Below are positions 7,064 through 15,267 of a stretch of DNA of 33,265 nucleotides, piece by piece (the stretch's first letter is position 1; every line of letters starts with the position of its first letter). The stretch spans positions 1-33,265 of the forward strand of contig JAKQSH010000185.1 of the NCBI GenBank assembly GCA_029570245.1, read 5' to 3'. This DNA is from Deltaproteobacteria bacterium. Its GTDB lineage: Bacteria > Myxococcota_A > SURF-8. The notes below the pieces were generated by a model, which did no database searches, had not been told where the DNA came from, and was given only the letters and a program-made list of their open reading frames with translations. The translations under genes and the position numbers were made by a program.

Positions 7064-10000
7064 ATGAATCCAAAGTCAGTAAAACGGTTAATGTTGCTGG
7101 GTATTGTCACGTGCATGCTGGCGTTAGCTTCGCCGGCGGCGCACGCCGGACTTTTCGACGGTATGCTTGACGGTGTTGAAGGCATTACGCCTCTGCCGTA
7201 CATGGCATATCCGGTTGACGACAAGGTAAATCAGCTCGCCCAGGTTCGCATCACCGATCCGGGCTTCACCTACCTCGAAAACCATGTGGTTGACATAATA
7301 AAGCCGTTTCTTGGCGAAAGCTTCGACGTGCTGGAAGGCGGCAGCCTGGTGATCTGCAATTATTGCGGCGGTTCCGGCAATTACTGTTCGATATCGGTTG
7401 ACATCCAGAACGTTGACATAGTTTCGGAAGCGCCGAACACCTTATGGGTCAATGTCCGTCTGGCTCCAATTGATTTCAGGCTCGAAACCACCTGCGCCTG
7501 CAACATAGACGTTACCACCAACGGCCAGCCGGTGGATGTTCAGGTGAAAATACAGCCGCAGATAGACGGTTTCACTCGTCAGCTTTACCTTGATGTTTCG
7601 CTTGGGTATCTCGAACTCGGCTCGCTGGTGGATGTCAAGCTTAACGGTGTCTGCGACTTCCTGAATCTGCTGGAAGGACTCATCAACGCCATCGTCAGCG
7701 GCATGAACAGCACCATCAACAATCTCATTTACACCACGGTTAAAGACGCTGTTGACAGCTTCCAGTGCATGGCCTGCGAAACCAACGCCGACTGTCCGAC
7801 TTCTCCGCCTGCTCCCTACGGCACGGTCTGCGACACCGAAAAGAAAATTTGCCGTTACGATTACGACCCGGAAGAGTCCTGCGTCTATGCTCCGCTCGGC
7901 ATCGAAGCCGAAGTCGATCTGGGATATCTGCTCAAAGATTTGATGCCCGGTCTCAAATCCAAAATCTGGGCTTCGCTGGTTGCGGGCGGCTACGGCACCT
8001 GTCCCTACGGCGGCCTCGATCTCGGCATGTTCGGCGGCACAATGCCCGCCGGAGAGCCCGAACTCTGCACCAGCGAACTCAACTATGTGCCACAGGTTCC
8101 GCCGCGCGTTTTCTGCCGCAACCAGGGCGGAGTCGTTAAGGAACCCTGCAACGAAAACCTCAACGTGAATCCGCATGCTGTGTTCCACGCCGGTCTGGGT
8201 TTGGCCGAAGAACTGCTCGATCAGGCGGGAGCCACCATCCAGGATTCAGGTCTGCTCTGTCTGCAACTCGACAACAGCATGGAAGGCGTCGGCGATTACC
8301 TCTCGCTGTCCACCTTCTCGCTGCTGATTCCTTCGCTCAAAATCTACAGTCACGAACAGGAAGTTCCGGTTCTCATCAAACTTGCTCCCACAAAACAGAC
8401 CGAACCCACTGTTGATTTCAGAATCGCCAGCTCCGACGCTGCTTTCCCGAATCCCGAAGACCCGGATGTCGATTCGGCTCTGGTCATCTTCCTGGACGAC
8501 ATAGCCATCAACATTTACGGCTTTGTCGATGAACGTTATGTCCGCATGTTCGAGCTGCTGACCGATATCGAAATCACCGCCGGTCTTCAGACTGAAGGCG
8601 GCAACAGCATTACTCCCATTTTCGGACTCAACAACGTAAAGCTTACAAACATGAGCGTGCCGTTCTCGGTACAGGACCTGCCGCCCGAAGACCTGGCTGC
8701 AACGCTTGAAGGGCTTATCGGCGGTCTGCTCGGACAGATTCCGCTCGATCCGTTCGAGCCGATCAAAATTCCCGGCTTCAGTCTGCTCGAAAACACACTG
8801 TCCTGCACGGGCGATCCGGCCTGCCAGAACGTTGACCCCGACCTGCTGTGCAGCGGCGGAATCTGTGTTGATGCCGACGGCAAGCCCTACGATCCGCAGG
8901 AACTCTTTGTCGATCTGCAATCCATCAGCCCCGAAATTCCCAAGGACAGCCAGGGCTACGCGCACCGTATGCTGGTGGCCTACGCCAATCTGCGCTGGGA
9001 AACCGATGGCGTCAAAAAAGAAACCGAAGAATATGTGTTCGAATCGGAGACTTATGCTGACATAGCCGAAATATTCATGCCCACGGTCGATCAGATCGTC
9101 AAAGAACGCATGCGCCCGGTCGTAACGCTCGAAATCGGCGGCGAAGACGCCGAAGGAGGCGACGAAAATCTGGTATATCAGGTGAAAATCGGCGCTTCGG
9201 CCTGGAAGAACGTCCGTGGCGGAACGCTGGTTCTGGATGATCCGGCATTCCTGCTTCAGGGCAAACATGTTATCCAGGTTCGCAGCCGTGACGTGCGTTT
9301 CAGCGACTGGGACAGCTCACCCGAAACACTGAGCGTACTGGTAGATTACACCGCGCCGCATGCCGATCCTCAGCAGGACGCATCGCTGTTGTATTTCAGA
9401 GGCAGCGACAACGTCACGAAGGCTTCCGATCTCAAATATCAGATCAGTGTTGACGGCGGCGAATGGTTCGCAGTCGGCAGCGAAAAATTCAATCTGGCTG
9501 ATCTGCCTTCGTGGCCGAAGTCTGTCAGCGTAAAAGTCATTGACGAAAAGGGTCTTGAAACAGTGGTCGAAAAAGCAATCGGCAATCCCGAACCCGCAAG
9601 CGGAATCGAACGCAAAGTCGCCGCAGGCAAGTCTGTTCCCGAAGGAATCGACAGCGGCTGTTCCTCATCCTCTTCCGCCGGATGGTTGCTGGCGCTGCTG
9701 CTTCTGCCTCTGGCTGTACTCAGAAGTCTGCGTAAAGCCGGTGCTTTCACCGCTTTGTTTGCGGCTGTAACTCTGGCCGGTCTTACTCTGGCGTCCTGCT
9801 CCGGCAGCGGCTCCAGTGGTTGTGTTAACAACACCGATTGCGGAGCCGGGCAGCGTTGTGTAAACGGAACCTGTGAAGATGTCAACGACAACGGCGACGC
9901 CGATGGAATCGTAATTCCCGAAGGCGACCAGGACGACGTCGGTGAAGAAGACATCGAAATAGACGGCGACAAGCCAGATGGCGATGCAGATGAAGTAGAT

Positions 10001-12097
10001 GAAGATGTTGTCATCCCATGCGAGACACAGGCGGATTGTCCCAAATGTTATCGCTGTTCAACGCTGAAAAAACAGTGTGAACTCCAGGAATGCGACCCGG
10101 AATGTCCCGAAATTCCCGACTGCGTGACACAGAATAACGATACATGTTTTTCATGTAACACCAGTAGTGACTTCCATTTCTGCGAAAGGCCGCGTTGCGA
10201 TGCCGACAACTGGGAAGAAGTCTGTGCCTGCCGGGTCTGCGAAGGCGATACTCCGGTGCTTTCCTGCGAAGAATCCACCGGTCTCTGCATTTGCAACACA
10301 TGGTGCAAAGGAGCTTGTCCCAACGGTTCCTTCTGCTGCAAACCTCCGGTAAGCGAAAATCCTATCGGCGAATGTACAACCTGTCCGGGCTGGTGCGAAG
10401 GCACGGTCTGCGATCCGGGTTACGCTCCTGGCGGCTGCGATCCGACCGAAATGGATTGCGGCTTCGAATGGAAACCCTGTGACAACATAAATTACGAAAC
10501 TTGCCAGGCCGAAGGCACCGGTTCCCCGAACGATCCCAATTGCGCCTGTGCCGAAAAACCGCCGCTGCCCATCGGATACCATGGCCGCTACAACGACATG
10601 GCCGTAGCTGCCATCAGTGACGACAAAAATCCCGTTGACAGCCTGATCTGGGTTTCGACTTACAACGAAACCTACGGCGACCTTATGATAGGCACGACCT
10701 ATTATTCGCACATTCCGGCGGAAGGCATTACGCCCGAAGAAAGCTATCACTGGTTCTTCGCCGACGGTATTCCCAGCCTGGACGACGAAGGCGTCACCAT
10801 CGAAGGCGGTCCTTCGGGCCCGCGCGGCGGAATTAAAAAGCCCGGCCCAGATGTTGGCATGTTCACTTCAATAGCGCTTTCAGCCGAAGGCTGGCCGCGT
10901 GTGGCATATCAGGATGTCGATAATGGCGACCTGCTCTTCATGTATACCGACGGAGTTCTGGCCGAAGGAGTAACCCTTGAAGAAGGTGCAGAAATCGACC
11001 CGAACAACTACGTCTGGAACAAAATTGTGGTCGATGCCCCGGGCAACACCGGCTACTACACCGACCTCATAATCGACTCCGAAGGTCGTCCGATCATCGC
11101 TTACATGAGCGCCGAAATGGAAGGCCAGAAAATTTCACAGCTCAAACTGGCCATGGCAGTAAACGCCAGTCCCGCCGGGCCGGAAGATTTCCGCTTTGCG
11201 GTAGTTGACAGCGCTGCCGTGGCCGGAATGCCCTGCGGCGGAACCTGTTCGGGCGGCAACGCATGCATAGCTGCTCCCGGTGGTGATTCCTGCGTGGGAC
11301 CCACCAGCGACTGCGGTGGAAGCTGCGAAGGCAAGCAGGTCTGTTACAACGGCTCCTGCTACAACAAACGCACCGCCCCGGCTTTCGTCAGCCTACCCGA
11401 CGGCATCGGTTTGAACCCCGAAATGGCCTTCTACGCCGACGGTTCGCTGTGGGTAGTTTACTACGACAACAACGTCTATTCTGGCGGTGAAGTCGTAAAA
11501 CACGGCTATCTCAAGCGCGCCATTCTCGGCGGCGGAGCGCCCAATCCCGACACCATCGCCACTGCGGCATTCACACGTACAATACTGGCGGGTCCGGAAG
11601 GATCGGCGGTAGCAGGCGACTGCGGTCTTTACAGCTCATTGGCGGTCGTAAAGACCACCGGATGGTGGGCGGTGAGTTTCTACAATGTCACGATGAATCA
11701 GCTGATGCTGCTGTTCGATCTGGGCGAAGGTATAAAAACCTATGTGGCCGACGACGGCTGGCGCGATGTGAACGGCACAAACTATCAGCGCCGCACCATG
11801 ACCGGAGCCGACAGCAGAATCGTTTTCGATCATACCGGCGCTTTCAATGTGGTCTATCAGCAGCAGAGCGATTCGGTGCTTGAGTTCTACAACGTCAAGT
11901 GTTACAGCGATGGCGAGTGCGACAGTTTGGAAGAGTCGCGCCAGGACGTTCTGACCATGGTTGACGACGAATACGGCAAGTCCTACGGCTATTATCCCAA
12001 TATTTATTTCATAGCCAACGGCGCACCGATAATTTCGTCATACGGTGTCGAACTTGCCCCCAAAAAGAATCTGGGCTTCTTCCTGGTGAAACCCTGA
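7064..12097 (+). CDS. Giant secreted cysteine-rich surface protein (1677 aa) built from two modules. Module 1 is a BPI/TULIP-like region plus an Ig-like domain. Module 2 is a Cys-rich region plus a beta-propeller-like repeat region.
   Basis: GGAG lies 9 nt before the ATG. Signal peptide [28 protein letters not shown]. The frame is open over 5 kb. Recurrent C-x3-DC-x(n)-C-x2-G-x-C knots are present. The C-terminal third has 6 or more repeats of the type G.Y..L..D..G.P.IAY (for example [18 protein letters not shown] and [18 protein letters not shown]). A strong terminator follows the gene. Confidence 0.85.
   Translation: [1677 protein letters not shown]
9656..9736 (+). other. Internal MYXO-CTERM-like tripartite sorting tag (GC-SSSSS, hydrophobic helix, basic residues) in mid-ORF
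   Basis: Codon-by-codon reading gives G865-C866[25 protein letters not shown]. The same architecture forms the true C-terminus of the peptidase at 21155..21247. Confidence 0.6.
9722..9799 (+). other. Internal lipoprotein-type signal peptide with canonical lipobox, in mid-ORF
   Basis: [26 protein letters not shown] (Cys912, TGC 9797..9799) has an n-region, h-region and L-A-S-C lipobox. No stop codon, ATG or SD lies between it and the preceding tag. The only in-frame alternatives are CTG 9728 and TTG 9755, and neither has an SD. Confidence 0.55.
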
Positions 12098-12118
12098 TTC
12101 TGAAATCCCAAGGCTGAA

Positions 12119-12160
12119 AACACCCGGGTCGTTACGGGACGATCCGGGTGTTCTTTTTTT
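12119..12160 (+). terminator. Rho-independent terminator of the giant ORF
   Basis: A 12-13 bp GC-rich stem (12121..12133 CACCCGGGTCGTT pairs with 12138..12150 GACGATCCGGGTG, with two G-U pairs) closes a 4-nt loop and is followed by TTCTTTTTTT. It sits 23 nt after the stop at 12097. Confidence 0.85.
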
Positions 12161-12177
12161 GGAAATGTGGGAATTGA

Positions 12178-12846
12178 ATGAACAATATCGAACTGCTTAT
12201 ATTCGATCTTGACGGAACTCTGGTCAACTCGCGCGAAGACATTATCGCGGCCATACGACATTCCATCCGGCATGTAGGCGGGTCCGAACCCGGGAACGAA
12301 ACGCTTACCGTACATCTGGGCAGGCCGCTGTTCAACATAATGTTCGATCTTTTAGGTGACGGCAATTCTGATCGCGCCCGCGAAGCCACCGAAGAATACC
12401 GGCGTTTCTTCTTCGACAACTGCGCACATTACACGAAGCCCTATCCGGGTGTGCTCGAAACTCTGCAACGCCTTGACGGCAAATACAGACTGGCGGTGGC
12501 GACTACAAAGATGACCTTCATGGCCGATCGCGTGCTTGAACTGCTGGACATGCAGCGCTATTTTGATCTCGTTCAGGGCACCGAAGGTTTCGAGCCCAAG
12601 CCGGCCCCGGATATAGTGAGAGTCGTCACCGACAAACTCAGCGTAAACGCATCCGAAAACAAAGTCTGGATGATAGGCGACCGGAAAAGTGATATACTGT
12701 CGGGGAAAGCTGCGGGTGTAAGCACCTGTTTTGCAGGTTATGGATTCGGATCCGAGCAGGAGCGGCTTGAGGCCTGCGCCGATGCCGAGATCGACAGCTT
12801 TTCCGAACTGCCTGCAGCACTCGGCATTGAATTGAGCGGAGAATGA
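12178..12846 (+). CDS. HAD-superfamily hydrolase, subfamily IA (phosphoglycolate phosphatase / PpaX-like)
   Basis: Motif I IFDLDGTLVNS, motif II VATTK, motifs III/IV K...IGDRKSDI. About 220 aa. Confidence 0.85.
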   Translation: MNNIELLIFDLDGTLVNSREDIIAAIRHSIRHVGGSEPGNETLTVHLGRPLFNIMFDLLGDGNSDRAREATEEYRRFFFDNCAHYTKPYPGVLETLQRLDGKYRLAVATTKMTFMADRVLELLDMQRYFDLVQGTEGFEPKPAPDIVRVVTDKLSVNASENKVWMIGDRKSDILSGKAAGVSTCFAGYGFGSEQERLEACADAEIDSFSELPAALGIELSGE

Positions 12847-12848
12847 GA

Positions 12849-13118
12849 ATGCAAAGAATGCATTGCTATATATCGGGACGGGTGCAGGGCGTATTCTTCA
12901 GAGCCCACACTCTAGAAACAGCCCGCAGTCTTGAACTTGCAGGCTGGGTGCGTAACCTGCGTGACGGACGTGTCGAAGCCGTTTTCGAAGGCGACGAACA
13001 GCGACTTGAAAGCATGCTGGAATGGTGCCGCAGAGGCTCGCCCATGTCGCATGTGGAAGGTGTGGAAGTTGTCCGCGAAGACGCCACCGGCGAATTCGAC
13101 GGCTTTGTCCTGCGCTGA
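12849..13118 (+). CDS. acyP: Acylphosphatase
   Basis: ISGRVQGVFFRAHTLETARSLELAGWVRNLRDGRVEAVFEG is the acylphosphatase signature (V.G.VQGV.FR ... GWV.N..DG.VE). About 90 aa. ATG 12849 has better SD spacing than ATG 12843, which overlaps the HAD stop as ATGA. Confidence 0.85.
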   Translation: MQRMHCYISGRVQGVFFRAHTLETARSLELAGWVRNLRDGRVEAVFEGDEQRLESMLEWCRRGSPMSHVEGVEVVREDATGEFDGFVLR

Positions 13119-13169
13119 ACTGTGTTTGAATAAAGCATCTGTATTGAACCTATTAAGGAGACGGTTGAA

Positions 13170-13709
13170 ATGGGCAGCGAAGATCGCGATTACAGAAACC
13201 GTGAAAAAAGCTGGCGCGAAATAGACGCCATGCGCGACAAAAAACATGAACGGCGCGAGCCGTCGGAATCCGAAAAGAAGGCTCAGAAACGCGAACATTC
13301 CAGCGCATACGCTCAGTATAAAAAAGACCTCGAAAACGTTTTCTCCGGAGGAGAAATTCCAGAATATCTCAAGGAAAAACTGCCCGAAGGCCAGGCCGGA
13401 AAAGGCGTTCTGCAATTGCAGGCGGCCATCAAAAAAGCTACCGACAAAACAGAACTCATTCAGGCCGTCAAAGCCTACCTGGCTAAAAACAGCGAGTTTC
13501 CGGACGACCCGGAGCTGTTGCGCAGCCTCCTGGATTGCGGTGACGAAAGCGTCCTGCTTAAAGTTGTGCCGCAGCTGTCACGCTATGCTTCCGTAATGCC
13601 GCTTCCGCACAAACAGCAGTTTCTTCTCAAGCTCGACTCATTGGCGATGACCGTCACCGACCCCGCGCTGGGCGACGCCATAGACGAACTGCTGGCAAGT
13701 TTGCGTTAA
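13170..13709 (+). CDS. Hypothetical protein with a basic/acidic K/R/E-rich N-terminus and a helical C-terminal domain
   Basis: AAGGAG lies 8 nt upstream of the ATG. The frame is clean. No motif recognised. Confidence 0.6.
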   Translation: MGSEDRDYRNREKSWREIDAMRDKKHERREPSESEKKAQKREHSSAYAQYKKDLENVFSGGEIPEYLKEKLPEGQAGKGVLQLQAAIKKATDKTELIQAVKAYLAKNSEFPDDPELLRSLLDCGDESVLLKVVPQLSRYASVMPLPHKQQFLLKLDSLAMTVTDPALGDAIDELLASLR

Positions 13710-14545
13710 TATATTTCGATTTTTCCTTCAAACACCAGTTCCGCCGGGCCTTTAAGCCACAGACCGTCGGCGCGCCGGGTAACCGTCAGCAGGCCGCCCG
13801 GCAGTTGCAGCTGAACCGGCTGTCCGGCATTTACTCGCCCGCTGCGCATGGCGGCGGCTGCTGAAGCGCAGGCGCCAGAACCGCAGGCCAGAGTGATTCC
13901 CGCCCCTCGTTCCCATACCGTCACTTCAAGCTGCTGCGGTCCGGTCACTCTTACAAATTCAACATTGGTGCGATGCGGAAAAAAAGGGTGATGCTCGAAG
14001 GTCGGCCCATAGGTTTTTTCCACTTCCAACGGGTCTGGAGATTCGAAGCAGACCAGATGCGGATTGCCCATATCGACATACGTTCCGCGAACTTCAAGAC
14101 CGTTGCGCTCAAGTTCGGCATCAAGCAGTTCGGGAGGCAGGCCGGGGGCCAGTCTGGCCGTGTCGAACGATGGCTGGCCTATCAGGCATTCGACTTCTTC
14201 GACTGCGCCGTCATGCTTGCGGCTTATGATGCATGGGTTAAGCACCAGCATGGTTTCAATGACGAATTTTTCTGCTTCCGGCGCGAAGCGCTCGGCGATG
14301 TGACGCGCAGTACAGCGCAGGCCGTTGCCGCACATTTCGGCTTCCGAACCGTCGCTGTTGAGGATTCGCATTTTCCAGTCGGCTTTCTCCGAGTGGCTCA
14401 AAAGCAGTATGCCGTCGGCGCCGATGCCGAAATGCCGGTTGCAGAGACGCGCGGTAAGTTCCGGCGTCAGAGCTGGAGCAGTGTCTGGCTCGAACAGAAT
14501 GAAATCGTTGCCTGCACCCTGATATTTGAAGAATTGATATTTCAT
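13706..14545 (-). CDS. dapF: Diaminopimelate epimerase
   Basis: FFKYQGAGNDFILF and both catalytic Cys motifs (EMCGNGLRC and LACGSGACA) are present. About 280 aa. Confidence 0.93.
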   Translation of the reverse strand: MKYQFFKYQGAGNDFILFEPDTAPALTPELTARLCNRHFGIGADGILLLSHSEKADWKMRILNSDGSEAEMCGNGLRCTARHIAERFAPEAEKFVIETMLVLNPCIISRKHDGAVEEVECLIGQPSFDTARLAPGLPPELLDAELERNGLEVRGTYVDMGNPHLVCFESPDPLEVEKTYGPTFEHHPFFPHRTNVEFVRVTGPQQLEVTVWERGAGITLACGSGACASAAAAMRSGRVNAGQPVQLQLPGGLLTVTRRADGLWLKGPAELVFEGKIEIY

Positions 14546-15267
14546 TTTATCCCACTTCGGCAGTTGCTGTTGTTCAGCATTGTAACGAACACGCGGTTCG
14601 AGAACTCGCGTCCCACCGCCAGTCGGCTTTCACCCGACTGCAACACCATCTGGCCCATAAGCGAGCGCGACAGCACCGTCACACGATCGCCCAGCGCCAG
14701 CCCCATAGCCGCCAGCCGCTCGCGCATACCGGCGCCGCCCGCCATCTGTTCGATAATGGCTGTTTCGCCGGGCAGAAGCAGACGTAGCGGAATGAGCTGA
14801 CGCTGTTCGTGCGCTGCGCATTCCGGGCAGAGTCCGTAGATTTTGTGCTTGTGGTAAAACTGTCTGAAGTTGTGCGAGTTTGCGATTTCCTGCTGGATGC
14901 GTTCAAGCGCTTCGTTGCGAAAAGTTACATCCAGTCCGCAACGCAGACAGATCAGGTGATCGGAATGATCGTCAACCTCGTCGTGCGAATAGCGCAACTG
15001 ACGATCCTCGCCTTCTTCTGATTTAGCCAGACCGTATTCGACAATCCGGCGCAGAAGCGCGGAAACTTGAGCATGAGTGCTTGAAACGCCGCGCTGGTTC
15101 AGCTGCTGCACCAGTTCTTCGACCGTGACCGGGCCTTCACTGGAAAAAAACACATCCACAAGCACTTCAATTGTGGCGCGGTCTGCTGCTGCTCCGCGTT
15201 CAAGATGGTTGAGCAGTCGCCTGCCGAAGCACCGGCTGATGCTCTCGTGTACGGTTCCGTGTTTCAT
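14542..15267 (-). CDS. Fur-family metalloregulator fused to a C-terminal FeoA (SH3-like) domain
   Basis: Winged-helix region, HSDHLICLRCG and HKHKIYGLCPEC (Fur CxxC pairs). The C-terminal segment is LLPGETAIIEQMAGGAGMRERLAAMGLALGDRVTVLSRS...LAVGREFSNRVFV (FeoA pattern). ATGA overlaps occur at both gene junctions. Confidence 0.85.
   Translation of the reverse strand: MKHGTVHESISRCFGRRLLNHLERGAAADRATIEVLVDVFFSSEGPVTVEELVQQLNQRGVSSTHAQVSALLRRIVEYGLAKSEEGEDRQLRYSHDEVDDHSDHLICLRCGLDVTFRNEALERIQQEIANSHNFRQFYHKHKIYGLCPECAAHEQRQLIPLRLLLPGETAIIEQMAGGAGMRERLAAMGLALGDRVTVLSRSLMGQMVLQSGESRLAVGREFSNRVFVTMLNNSNCRSGIK

Noticed and set aside
8246-9268. A 340-aa minus-strand ORF, and several 60-250-aa ORFs on both strands, inside 7064..12097
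   Set aside because: All are nested in or antisense to the giant ORF, which has a signal peptide, SD, domain-like repeats and a strong terminator. None has its own SD or a recognisable motif.
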